Assembly: GCA_026936335.1 (NCBI GenBank)
Contig: JAPMXV010000007.1
Location: 248,001-312,000 of the forward strand
Direction: 5' to 3'
DNA length: 64,000 bases
Origin: Mantamonas sphyraenae STR306
Lineage: Eukaryota; Protista; CRuMs
In this document: positions 33,825 through 46,627 of the stretch, piece by piece
How the letters are laid out: each line of letters begins with the position of its first letter
How positions within the stretch are numbered: the first letter of the stretch is position 1
Notes under the pieces: generated by a model
Database searches by the model: none
The model's input: the letters and a program-made list of their open reading frames with translations, nothing else
Told to the model about the DNA's origin: nothing
Translations under genes and position numbers: made by a program

Positions 33825-34676
33825 CTACTCCACCCCCTCCACATCCACAAACTCAAAACACGTGTACGGCAGCGATCCAAACTGGTACCGCTCCGAAATC
33901 ATCGTGCTGCCCACACTCGTGCCGGCGGCCCCGCTCGCAACCACCAGCGGAAGGAAATGCTCGTCCGTTGGGTGCGACTTGCTCGCATGCTCCTGATCCT
34001 TCCACGCCACAAGCCCTTCCTTTCGTCCTTCTGTATCCTCGCTCGTGTTCGTTTCAATCACCCACTCGTCAAATTCCCTCGCCCAATCCGTGCGCGGCTG
34101 GCTCTCCACTCCGGCTCCCCACGTGATTTCCCGCAGGTTATGCACCGTCGATCCACTGCACACAATCAGAATCCCCTCTTCACGCAGCGGCTGCAGCGCC
34201 TCTCCCAACCCGTGGTGGAATTTCGCGTCTTTGCCACGCACCAGACTCACTTCCACAATCGGCAGCTTGGCCTCTGGAAACATCAGCATTGCGGGTGAAA
34301 ACACGCCATGATCCAACTTGCGTTCCTCATTCAGCGCCACCTTCAGCCCCGCTGCCCCCAGCAACTCCTGTACCCGCTGAGCCAGCTCCGGGCTCCCTGG
34401 CGCGTCGTATTCCGCTTCATACATCTCACTTGGGAACCCGTAGTAATCGTAGAACAATCCACCATACTCCTCTGCACTCGTCGCCTGCAGGCTGCTCTCT
34501 TCAAAGTGCGCGCTCACAAAAAGCAGCGCCTTGATCTCGTCCTTCACTCCCTTCAGCCGCTTGCTCAGCGCCTTGAACTCTTTCTGGATCGGATTGCCCT
34601 TCTCATAGAACAATGTCGGTGCGCCATGGCTCACAAACCACACTGGCAGTCGCTTGCTGCTGTTGCTGCTGCTCAT
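33825..34676 (-). CDS. Class III extradiol ring-cleavage dioxygenase (LigB/YgiD/4,5-DOPA dioxygenase-like)
   Basis: FVSHGAP, SAHFE, YDYYGFP..MY...Y.APGSP, LDHGVFSP, PLREEGILIVCSGSTVHNL, HPTDEHFLPL. Confidence 0.92.
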   Translation of the reverse strand: MSSSNSSKRLPVWFVSHGAPTLFYEKGNPIQKEFKALSKRLKGVKDEIKALLFVSAHFEESSLQATSAEEYGGLFYDYYGFPSEMYEAEYDAPGSPELAQRVQELLGAAGLKVALNEERKLDHGVFSPAMLMFPEAKLPIVEVSLVRGKDAKFHHGLGEALQPLREEGILIVCSGSTVHNLREITWGAGVESQPRTDWAREFDEWVIETNTSEDTEGRKEGLVAWKDQEHASKSHPTDEHFLPLVVASGAAGTSVGSTMISERYQFGSLPYTCFEFVDVEGVE

Positions 34677-34967
34677 CCCTGTTCTCTTGCTGAGTTGTCC
34701 TGCTTCCCTCGGCGCCTCCACCGCCACTTCCTCTTCAACGTTTCCCCATTCCACCCCAGTCCCCCCCGCTCCCCTGCACTCTCCCACCACACACAACACC
34801 ATACACACACACACCCATGCCATTCCAACCCTGTATCCCGTCTGTGTCCTCCAAGCCATTGTCGGACGGAAAAGCACAACCTGCAAACTTTCCAGAACCT
34901 TTTCCTTTGGCTCCCCACTCGCTTCATGCCCTGCTCTTCATTGCATCGTGCTCTCCTCAACAACCAC

Positions 34968-37900
34968 TCACCAACTCCAGAACCCCTTCTTCTTCTCTTC
35001 CTTCTTCTCCTCCTCCTTCGCCTTACCCTTGCCCTTGCCAGCGTCGCCTGCCCCATCCTTCTCCTTGCCCTTGCCCTTCCCGCTCGAGCTGCCGCTGCCA
35101 CCTGTGCCACCACCTGCACTCGAACTCGCCCCATCCTCCTCACGGTCACTCACCCACTGGTCAATCACCGCATTCACCTTCTCCTTGATCTTCTGACACT
35201 GGCGCACATCACTGCATCGCACATCGTACTCCTCCTCCTTGCCACCCAGCCCAAACAAGCCCTTGTCCTCACGGTTCACACTGGTCACCTGCAGACCACG
35301 CTCCTTCAGACGCACACTCTTCACCTTTTCAAACGGAAGCATCCACTCGCTCGAGTACTTTTCCTTGTCGCACGTCAACACACGCTTGCTCGTCACCAGG
35401 AACACCTGCCCCTCCTCCTCGTAGTGGTACTCCCACAGGTCCGTCAACACATACTTGCCCTTGTCCACACGGAACAACACGTCCTGTCCACGCGCCTCAA
35501 ACTCGCTGTACTCGCGCAACACCCCGTCCAGATGAAAATGCCGCGGCACACGCACCCGTTCCTCGCTCAGGTCCTCAAACGTGTTCTTGATCCCCTCTCC
35601 CGTCTTTGTCGCCAGATCCAACACCCCAGCCACAGGCTTCACCGCCACTCCCATCACTCCCTTGCCCAGACCCGCCACAAACCCGCCGAATCCACCTTCC
35701 TCTGCACCCTGCATCGGTGCCGTCACAAGGCCCGTCACACCCTCAAAGATGCCCGTACCCAGATCCTGCACGCCCATCCACAGTCCCTCTGCCGCGTTGC
35801 TTGGCCTGTCAAACGCTGCCTCCCTTCGCGTGATGTACTCCTGGTCCATCGAAATCGACGCCAGGCCCTTGCCCACGCTCCCGGTGATCTTGGATGCCGT
35901 CGAGAATGCCGCCCCCACCGTACCCTTCACCAGACTCACCGTGCCCTTGCCCACACCCACTGCAAACGCCTCGGGGCTCTCCACCAGTCCCTGCGCAGGC
36001 TCGTAGAAAAAGTCCTTCACCCCCGTGCCCAGACTCGTCACCAAACCCACCGGATCGCCCAAAAAGTCAAACGACCCAAGCACCTTGTACGCCTGTGTCA
36101 ACGCCTGCATCGCATAGTGGTGCGACACCTGGTTCACAAACGCACCCTGCGTCGCAAACAGATGCTCCACCATCAGTGCGTTCAGCTCAATCGGCGCACC
36201 GTCCAGGTTGATAAACGCAATGCCCAGCGCAGACAGCAACACACGCAGAGGGTTCTTCATCTGATCCTCCTCAATCTCAGCCGTGCTGCCACGGCTGCGG
36301 AACGACAGGTTCACCTTGATCGGATTCAGCAGCATGAACGCACAGTACAGCTTGCTCAGCGACGAGTGTTCACTCGGCGTCGGAATGAACTTCACCTTGG
36401 TCAGCTGGTCCAGTGCACTCGCCTGCTCTTCGCTCGCACTCGAGTAACGCATCACTGCGTCCAGGAAGATGCTCAGGAACGTCTCTTCCAACTTCACGTC
36501 AAACTCCTGCATGCCAAACGAAAAGTAGTTCAGGAACAGCAGACTCGTGTTCAGGTTCGACTTGACCAGCGACACGTGCAGGAACGCCTTGTCGCTCTTC
36601 TTGTCCGTGCTACGCAGCACCACCGGGTACCGCGCTCCACGCAGCTGGTTGTCCAGCTGCAGACGCAACACACGCACGTCCACCTTGTCGTCTGCCTCGC
36701 AATGGCTGTATCGCACAGCCACGTCCTGCAGACTCAGGTACGCCACCTCCTTGGGTTCCCCGTCCACAAACGACACTCCCACACCCGCCAGTGCAACCTT
36801 CACCACAAGCTCCTCGTCCGTCTGTCCACTCTCCACCACTTCCACCTCTTCCAGCTCCTCCAGCGCCTCTGTCGCTGTGCTGCCACTCGTCACACTCATG
36901 CGACTGCTGCTCCCGCTCTCCCCGTCCTCCAACACACGTCCCCGACCCTCCAACTCTTCCCGTGTCACTTCCCCAGCCCTGCTCACACGCATCACCTTGG
37001 TCGGTCCGTCCGCAAGCAACTCCACACGCATCTTGTTCCCCTTGCCCGCACGCAAGCTCTTCAGCCGCCCCAGCTTGTCCATCGCATAGCTTCGCTCCCC
37101 AGAGCCCGCACGCACCACAAGCTTCATGTGCTTCTGCGGCTCCGTCCACGTGTATGGCAACACACTCGCTGCCTCCACCTCTGTCGCCGCCTCCTCGTGG
37201 CCCTCCTGCAACACGGTCAGCGTCGCACCCGTAAAGTTCTCCACACGGATCGGCGGGTGACGCATGTCTCCTCGTCGAAGGATCACATACACCATCGAGC
37301 CCACCAGACGCGTCTCCACGTCCACAAAGTAGTTGCGCTCTCCATCCCTGTCCCGCACGTTGTACCCAGGCAGCAGCAGCGCAAAGTCGCTCACCGTCTC
37401 AATGTCAAACGCCCCCGTCCAGCCCTTCTCCGCCTCCACGTCTGCGTCACGCACCTGCAACAGACGCGCTTGCTTGCGATCGCTCCATCGGTACATCGGC
37501 AAACGCTGCCCTGCATGCACATACATCTCCGTGCCATCCTCTGCTCCCGCCTGCTTGAATGCAATCGACACGTCCAGGTCGTTCTGCACCACATACCGCG
37601 GCGTAAACGTCACCATCTTGGTCACTTGGTACTTGCCAGGCGCAAGCGAGATCGAACAGCCCACCACATACGCGCTTCCGTCGCTTCCCTCTGCAGTCAC
37701 CTCGCCGTCGTAGCCCACCGTTTCCAGAGAGAACGCAGACGACCACTTGGTCAGTTCTCCCACGCGCACGTTGGCCTTGCTGCTGGCAATGTCAAACCCA
37801 CTGAACGAAAACAGGTGCGGGTCCACCTCCTCGCTCTCTCCCACACGTTCCACCCAATCCCGCTCCTCCACAATCGATTTGGATGCCGTGCTCGCCTGTC

Positions 37901-40900
37901 CACTCGACATCGTGTTCTCCAGCATGCCATCTTGGGCATACCACAGCGGCAGGCCGCTCTTGTTGATCATCCAGTACGGACAGTACACACTCACCGTGCG
38001 TGCTCCCGTGCCCGACGCAAGGTTGCGCATGCGCAGCGTCAACATCTGTCCGTTCTCGTCCGGCAGCCGCAGGTTCAGCGCAAGCTTGTCCTCGGAAAAG
38101 ATCACCTCGGGCTCACACCATTCGTACCCATCCAGGCGCACTTCCAGACGCACCGGCGACTCCAGACTCGGCTCCATCACAGGCACGCGCTGTCCGCTCT
38201 CCAGCACCCCTTCACGCAGCACCTTGCCCTCCACACGCTTTGCCTTGCCCTTGTCCATGTCCAACGGCGCATCCTCAGAAATGCGATACTCCATCGTCAG
38301 CGGCAACAGGTTCTCCAACGCAAGCGGCGCACTCACCTGCACACGCCACGACTTTTCCTTGAACGACAACTCGTTGCGCACACGCAGGTACTGCGAGTCA
38401 CTCGGACGTCCGTCCAGCATGGCACACCGCACCACAAACTGCTCCAGCTTCAGCGCATCCAGCGACACAAACAGGCTGCTAAAGTCGCATTCATGTCGCC
38501 CGTTCACAGGGCGTACAAACACGACGCCGTCCTCCACCGCATACAGCGGCACAGGCACAGAGTTGCCAGCCGCACACAGCAGGCGTTCCTCCTTGTGCGA
38601 GGAGTCGTACTTGAGCAGAAACTCCACGTCGTGTGTGCTTGCGTTGGCCAGGATCACGTTGCTTCGCACCACAATCTCCTTGGCCCCCTGGTTCAGGCGC
38701 ACCTCGCAGATCACAGGCTGCTCCATTTCGTACTGCTTCACAGCCACCGCATCAATGGGCACGCGAGCAACCGTGTTGCCGTTCAGACGCATCGTCACCG
38801 CACGGTGGCACGCAACCTTGGTAAACACACGCTGCTTCGTTTTCGCACGCACCTCCAGCATCACCACAGACCCCGCAGAGCTCAGCACATGCGACTCTTC
38901 CTTTGTCTCCAGCGAAAAGTCAAACGCATGCAGCTCTCCGTGCGTCGCAGGCACCTTTTCCCACTTCTCCTCACGCCGCAGACGGAATTGGTGTTTCGAC
39001 TCCTCCGCCACAAGCTCTTGCTTGAACTCCAGCGGCATGCCCGTCTCGTTGCGGATGTAGTATGCGCTGAACTGCTTCATGTCTTCCGCCTCGCCGGCGT
39101 CCAACACACGCGTGCGCTCCTTGGCAAAGTCCTCCGACCACGTCTGCGCAGTCGTCACAAGCGACTCGATTGCCGCCTCCGTCACGTTTACGTTCAGCAT
39201 CTTCTTCGCACTCATCGTCACCTCGGTGCGTCCCTTGTAGTCAAACGCCTCTGCGTCGTGTGCCACCTCCACGTGGAAGCCCCACCGCTCCACAATCGGC
39301 TCCCACAGCGCGATGCGGTTGTTGAACGAGTTTAGCGTCACACCCACGTCCACGTTCACACACAGCTCCTCCGACCAGTTGCTCACGTCCACGTCCAACT
39401 TCTCCACCTGGAACTGCAGCACGGGCGTCATGTGCAGTTGGCCCAGGCAATCGTTGATCACCTGCAGGTCAAATCCGTTCAGACGCACCACTGCCGTCTC
39501 CTCCACCTTGGGGATCTCCAGCTCCTCCCCACTCTCGTCGTAGATGCGCCTGTTGCGTCGCCTCTCTGCTGCCCGCTTGCGCTTAAGACGCGCCCGCTCC
39601 TTCTCAATGCGTTCCTGCCGCGCTTCCTCGCTTGCCTCCTCCTGCTCCGCTTTGCTCACCGTCCACTCCAGTTCGTTCTCCAACTCGTCGTCAGACACAT
39701 CGCCTCCCTCGCCTCCGCCGCCGCTGCTGCTCTCTGGCGGAACAAAGGACTGGGCCACCGCAATCATCAACTTGGTGTCCTCGTACGACAGCCTGGCCGT
39801 GATCGGATCCACATCCACCACCGCCTGCACGTTGTACGGCTGGCCGTGCTTCAGTGCCGCAATGTACGTCACACTCAGGTTGTGCGGCTCCACCACATAC
39901 ACCGTGTTCTCCTTGCCCGCGTGCCTGTGCTGCACACTAAACTGCTGTTCCTGTCCGCTCATCATCACCTTGACGTGTGTGCTGTTGCTCCTCACATTGG
40001 CATCAAACGACGCCGTCATCGTAAGCCGGTTGCTTTCGCTGTCCGATGCGTCCTCAATCATCACAATCTCAGGGTCCCGCACCTTGACGCGCACATTCAC
40101 CTCCTTTTCAAACTCCGTCACTGCACGCAGGCGCTGCACTTCGGCCAGCAGCCTTTGCAGCTCCACATCTTCGTCTTCTTCGTCCTCCTCGTCGATGTCT
40201 TCCACCCCGCTGCTGCTTCCGCTGCTTGCAGTGCTCTTCAGCGCGTGTGTGCGTCGCTTCGGAGCCCCTCCTCCCACCACAGCGGTGATTTCCTGTACCG
40301 GCTCCACTCCCTGTGGCTTTTCCACGGCGTACGCAATCAGACGTTGCACACTCTCCCCCACCGCCGTGATCTGCGGATGCTGCACCTCCACATGCACGTT
40401 GATCGTCTCCTGCCGCTCCTCCGGGTCACGCTTCTGCTCCATGTGCACAAACAGCAACTCGTTGCGCATGCGCCGCACGGTCTGTTCCTCGCCTTCGCTG
40501 GCTTCGCTTGCTTCGCTAGCCTCGCTGTCCTCGTCAAAGATGGGACACATCAGCGTGCGGAACTGGCTTGTGCTCTTTGCGTACGTGTCTCGCAACACGA
40601 CTTCCTGCAACTCCACAGTCACCGTCAGATGGCTCTTGCTGCTCTCGCGCACAGCCACACCCAGCCCTTGCAGTTCAAACTGGGCAATGCTCGTCGACAC
40701 TCCCTCCTCGTCCACACCCGTGCCCATCAGCATGTCCAACGTCACCTGCTTCAGTGCAACCTGCACATCGGTGACCACATACTCATCGCTGCGGAACCGT
40801 TGCAGTTCCTCCTCCAGCTTCACCTTGGCCAAGCGTCGCTGCGATTCCGCTGCACTCGACCGTGCCTGCGACACAATCAGCGCCGTCACATCGTCGCCCT

Positions 40901-43900
40901 CCTTGCCCTCCATCTGCTCCAAGGTCACCAGGCTGGTGTCCTCGTCCAGGCTCACGCTCGCACTCTGGCTCAGCGCGTTGTCCAACAGCGATGCATCCGA
41001 CGTCGCCAGCGTTGCGCTCTCGGCAAAGTTTTCCACGCCGATGCACGTGAGCAGATGCAACGTCACCTGAGACACCTGCGCCTCAACCTTGCCCACATCC
41101 AACGACATGTGCATCTGTGGGATCCTGTGCTCGTGCACGTCCACAGGACGCACCAGCTCCATGTCCACGTTCACATCCCGCACAACCTGCGACGTCTCCT
41201 CGTCTGCCAGGCTGCTGCGCAGGTGCAAACGTCGCACCGCAAGCGTCATCTTGTCCACTGTGATGTCATCGTGTGCAGGCGACGCCACAAACTCGTTGTG
41301 CAGGTCGATCACACCCAGGTTGATCACAAGCACCTCGTCCGACGTGCTCCTGCGTGGCACCACCACATACGGGTTCTCCACACGGATGTCCATCTTGGTC
41401 ATCACGTTGTCTTCCCCTGCCATCTGGTGTGCTGCCGCCGCCGCTGCCACGCTCGCCGCACTTGCCGCCGCAGCGACAAGCACCTGCATGTCCTGCATCT
41501 CCGAAAAGTACAGCGACACCTCGTCCACAAATCGGTTCAGCAGCACAAAGCGCACCGAACGCACATTCAGCTCCAGAGCCGTCTCCCATCCGGGGTACTC
41601 CAACGACCCACGCGTGAACGTGTCCACCTTGACAAACGCCACCTGCTGTCCGCTCTCTGCACAGCTCATCACTCGCGAGTACTTCTCTCCCGCAGGCGTC
41701 AGATCCACAATGCTCACGTTGTCCAGCCCTGCCGACAGGCTCACGCTTGTGTCGTCGTACAGCACAAGGTCGGTTGCAGCTCCCTCCACCGCAAACATCC
41801 CAATCGGCGTTTCCGACTCCTTGAACAGCACCACGTTCACAGCACCCAGCTTGGCCACAAGCTTCAGCTGCTGCGCACGCTTCTTCACCAGCTTCTCCCC
41901 GTCATGCCCACCGCTGCTGCTGCCTCCTGATGCTCCTTCCTCGCCTGTCGTCGTCTTCTCTTGTCCCTCCTTGCCCTTGCGTACCGCGTCACGGCGTTCC
42001 TTTCGCTGCCGTTCCTTCTCCTCCTCTTCACGCTCGATTTCGTCCTGCGTGGTGCCAATGTCCTGGATCATCGACGTGGCTGCGTTGACACGGTTGCTGC
42101 GGTTCAGCTGGTTCGCCCAGTCCAACACACCCACCAGCGTGCTGCGATTGATGCCCACACTCAGGTACGAAAAGTCCAGCTCCAACAGCTGCTCCACGCC
42201 GTTGTACTTGCTCTCAAACTCTGGCGACGTTGGATGCACCGCCACAAACGACACAGCAATCAGGTACTCCTCTTCGGGTTCGTCGATTTCCTCCACCTCC
42301 TCGTCCGAATCCACCTCACCCTGGTCCACGGCCAGTGCCAGCTGAGCCTTTTGCTCCTCTGCACGCAGGCGTTGCCACCATTCCCGGTTGACACTGCTGG
42401 CAAAGTAGGCTCCCTCACGATCGGCCAGCGAGTCGGCAATATGCAACGAGTGGATGCGCACGTCCGCCGTCAGGTCAAAGGTGCGTTGCAGAAGCGACAC
42501 CGCAATGTCCTTCAGTTCCATGTGCATCAGCTCCTGGTTGTACTCGGGTCGGCCTGGCACGTTGACCACACGCGCCAATGACACCGAGATGGAGTGCACC
42601 TTGAATTCGGCGTCCACAAGCACCCGTTTGATCATGGTTGCGCGTGCCGTCTCGTCCATGTCCTCAAACAACCGCTTCTTGCGCTCGTCTGCACTCAGCA
42701 CCGCCTGATGCGCCTTTTCCTTGCGGCTGCTGCTGCGTCCCACGCCTTTACCCCCTTCTCCGCCTTCGTCGTCGGTCACACTGTGCAGGATGCTGTCCAC
42801 GCGATGCACCCCCTCCATGTACGACGCATAGTCCACGGTTTCCCCAGGCGCACTCGTCGACGCATAGCGCTTGGTGGGACGCCGCAGCAAACTCGGGTCC
42901 TTGTCCTTGATTTCGTCAATGACAGGCGTGGCCAGCTCCTCCACAACGTCCATCAGCAGGTCAAACTTCTTTTCCGAAATGGCCAGCGAGAGCGAGGGCA
43001 ACGTGCCCTCCAGCTTCACCTGAGTGTACTCGGGATTGTTTGGCAGGATGCACTGGTGCACAGCCAGGTTGAGGGACACCGGCGCAAGCAGCGTGTGTGC
43101 CTCCACGTCAAACGACTCTGGCAGAGGCCAGGTGCTCGTCTCGCACACCAGTGCATGCACATCGGCCATGTCAAACTGAAAGTGGTCGTAGAGCGACGAC
43201 TTGGCAATCTCTGTGTCCACACCCGTGGAGCTCTCCCTGTCCTGACGGATGTCTGTGGTTGCATGCAGCGTACCCAAATCCACCACCAGCATGCGTCCGC
43301 TCTCACGCAGCACGTCCTGTGGCACCAGGATCTGCGGGGCGTCCAGCTTCACGTCCAGATCCAGCAGCACGTGGTCTCGCACCGCCTGCTCCAACGAGTC
43401 CCGTGTGCGTTCCTGCAGCTGCTCCAATTGCAGCAGCGCCGCCGTCTCGATGCTGCGCAGCCTGTCCCTCTCCTCGGGGGCAATTGTGAAAAAGTTGACC
43501 ACTGCCATGATGCAGCGGCTGCCATATACCACGTCCAGCGACTGCACGTCCAGCGACACTTTGTAGTTGGCTGCACTGTCCATGGGATTCACCACCAGAC
43601 CAAAGTCCACAAAGCTTCTGTGGCTGCCGTCTGCTTCGGCGTCGTGCACCACCTCACCAACCTCTGCCTGCGACTTTGTCTTGTGCACAGGCTTCTCCGC
43701 CTCTGCCTCGGTGCCGTGCACGTGGTTGTGTGCCACGCTCTTCTGCACCAGCACAGGGAACTGCGACGCTTCGCCACTGAGAAGATCTTCGAGCATCAGC
43801 GACTCCAGGCATCCGCTGATGTCCAACGTGTCCAGACGCTTGCTCAGGTTGACCCCAAACCCTGTGTACGACAGCTGGGCAATCGGTTGCAAGCTGCCGT

Positions 43901-44966
43901 TCGACGCGTGTCGTGTCAGACGCACGGAAAACTCGCGGAGGAGACTGGTAAACACCAGCGACGGAGGCATGTCTGCCAGCGTGCGCTTGCCCCCTTGGCC
44001 ACCTTCTTCCGATCCAGAAGAGGAGGACGAGGAAGAGGAGGACGATGCCTTCCCGTCCTTATCCATGCCTGCCACCGCCTTGGCCACATCCTTTGTGGTG
44101 CCCTCTTCCACATAGCCAATGCTCAGCAGAAACTGCTGGCGTCCCTCCTCGCCAATGCGAGTGCCCAAATCCAAATCGCTGACGGCAAATTCCTCATCGT
44201 CGTCCTCCTCCTCCACGGCCTTGCGTCCAAACGAGAACAGACTCTTCTTCTTGACGGGCTTCTTCAGCTTGGCCATCTCCTTGTCGTGCTGCATGATGCG
44301 ATACTTGGCTTCGGCCATGGCACGGTAGCGTACGAGGTCGTCAAAGTCCAACTTGTGTTCCAGACGCTCCTTGGTGGCCTTGTCCTCCTCGCTCAGGGGC
44401 TTCTTTGTGTTCAGCGAACGACGCCACACCTTGATGTACTCCTTGCGGTCGTCCCTGCGCTCCTGAAAGTACTCCCACGTCCAATGGCGTCTCTCTTCAC
44501 GCACATCCTTCAGCACGCGTGTGTATGCGTATTGCCACCACTGCTCCGGCGCCTCCATGGGCTCCGCATCGGGACGCATGGCAGCCACCTCTTCGTCGGC
44601 GACCAACGCAGACATGTATGCTGCCACGGACAGCACGTCTGTCATCTGATCGTCACGCAGCTCCAGACCCACCCTTTCCAGGGTCACACCAAGTACGTTG
44701 CGTGGAGCAGAAGCTGCCAACGCCTCGTCTTTCAACTGGTCCAGTGTCATGTCCACACTCAACGGCGCAAGGATGTACTGCAGCTCCCCACTTTCCTCCT
44801 TGCTGTGCACCAAGTCTCGCATCAGATCTGCAATCTGCTTGGCATCCGTCACTGATGACACCGACAACTGGTTGTCAGGGTTCCAGTACACGCTGAGGCC
44901 ATCCAGATCCAGACGCTGTGTGCAGTGGGTGGATGGATGGATGGCATGTCAGGGTCAGGTACCACA

Positions 44967-45006
<40 letters not shown>

Positions 45007-45964
45007 CACTCCATCTCGTTCTGTGCACGTTCTCTGCTCTACAGCGTGCTGCGTACCTTGTGCAGGATCTCGTCCGAGCTGCCTACAAACACCTGCTCGC
45101 CCAGTTGGTTGACAGAGCGCACATGCAACCCCTGCAGGGTTAGGCCAGCAGCCATGGCGTGTCCTGGGCGTGACACGTTGTCCTCGTAGCGAATGTGCAC
45201 GTTCTTGACGGCAATCACCAGATTGTTCACAATGGTCTCCACCAAGGTGTTGCGCACCTCCTCATTGTTTGCTACACTCTCGGCCTCGTCTGCACTCCAC
45301 ATACGCCCCGCAACAGCCCCATGTGTGAGTTGTCCACGCCTTTGTGCCCACTCTTTGTGGCTGACTCCCTTTGCCATTCCGCATTGTTTTTTCCGCCCCA
45401 TCGCTTCGCCCTCCCACAACTCACCTGAACTTTTGCGCAGCGCATCGTACGCCTGCAGCCGGTCCATCTTCAGCTTGTACTCGCGCTCCTCGATCTCCTC
45501 CTTTGTCGGCTGTGCATGTGTGTTCGCAGCCAGGCAAGTGCATGTGTGTGTCGTGCGTATGCCCGCCGTGGAACTCGGTGTCAGCACACGCAGCCCATTC
45601 ATGTCGCCGAGTTTTCGACCCACACACGAAAAAAAAGCCTCCGATGAGCATCTCATGCAAACACGGCACCTACCTTTTCATCCATGGAGCGCGGCTTGGC
45701 CACCAGAAAGACGTCGGCCACCTCCACGTGTGTGCTCTCTTTCTTGAGAGCTCGCCAGGGCACCTTGAGGGTGATTTGGCCCACCGAACCCGAGGTGATG
45801 TTGATCGGCAGGTTGAGCTCGTCCAGGGCGCTCTGTGACAGCTGAAGATCCTTCAGCACCACATCGCCCTTCCAAATCCCAATCGAGAGCTTCTTGGGAT
45901 CAAAGTTGGTCACGTACCGATTCAGGTACGTGGATAGAATGTCAGACACAAGCTGTTCAAACAT
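34968..45964 (-). CDS. VPS13: VPS13 lipid-transport protein (about 3,450 aa; several short 5' introns and a terminal exon of about 9.9 kb)
   Basis: Chorein-N (MFEQLVSDILSTYL..YV...LSIGIWKGDVVL.DL, GQITLKVPW, VKNVHIRYED), VYCPYWMINKSGLPL, VTFTPRYVVQN, and C-terminal KVLGSFDFLGDPVGL, GVGKGTVSL, AVKPVAGVLD, RVRVPR. Confidence 0.95.
44974..45008. repeat. (CA)n intronic microsatellite, representative of many (e.g. about 3773-3800, 15548-15571, 55990-56008, 56076-56101)
   Basis: Directly visible dinucleotide runs, mostly in introns and spacers. Confidence 0.9.
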
Positions 45965-46108
45965 TGCTTGCTCAGCTCTGCAACAAACACACACGTAGAG
46001 TTAGCAAGGACGACATTCACACACACACACACACACACAAGGTCTGGGAATGGGAGGGTCGCACACGCCATTGCACGCACAGTAAAAAGGGAAAATTGAT
46101 TGGCTTCG

Positions 46109-46546
46109 ATGGCGTCGTCGTCCAGCTCCAGCTCCAGCTCCAGCCGAGTTGGCTTTCCGCCGCGTGTGTTTGACGACTTGGACGGTGAGGACGCAAAGAG
46201 CCCACCCACGCGTGTTACACACACCATCAAGATCAGTCGCAGTGCGGGCACATGTTCGGACGACGGTATGGAGCTGCAGGAGGAGGGAAACGCCGAGGTG
46301 GAGGAGGAGGAGGAGGAAGAAGAGGACGACGAACTGCTGCAGGACCTGAAACAGCTGGAACACATGTACTGGGTGTCTCGGGCACAGTATACACGCATGT
46401 TGGAAGAGGATCCAGAGGACACACGGGTGCAGGAAAGGCTGGCAGCACTGCACACCTCGTACGAGCGTGATCGCAACGCGGTTCTGGAGCAACTGGACGC
46501 ACAACACGGAGCAAACGCAAGCAAAAGGCAGCGCAGTGGGCATTAG
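46109..46546 (+). CDS. Hypothetical acidic/coiled protein
   Basis: Open frame between VPS13 and the CatSper-like gene, with G-rich codon usage and an acidic then helical sequence. No family recognised. Confidence 0.5.
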   Translation: MASSSSSSSSSSRVGFPPRVFDDLDGEDAKSPPTRVTHTIKISRSAGTCSDDGMELQEEGNAEVEEEEEEEEDDELLQDLKQLEHMYWVSRAQYTRMLEEDPEDTRVQERLAALHTSYERDRNAVLEQLDAQHGANASKRQRSGH

Positions 46547-46627
46547 CTATTCTGGTCTCCCGTTCTCTCCATTCCATTCCATCAACCCGGCCCTTTCTCT
46601 CTCAAGAGTCTCGGGATCCCTCCTGAA

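Noticed and set aside
34308-44855. Very long + strand ORFs (1675, 832, 753 and 508 aa) antisense to VPS13
   Set aside because: Shadow ORFs: the codon bias of the real gene depletes stops on the opposite strand. The translations are His/Leu/Arg-rich or Ser-rich with no recognisable motifs.
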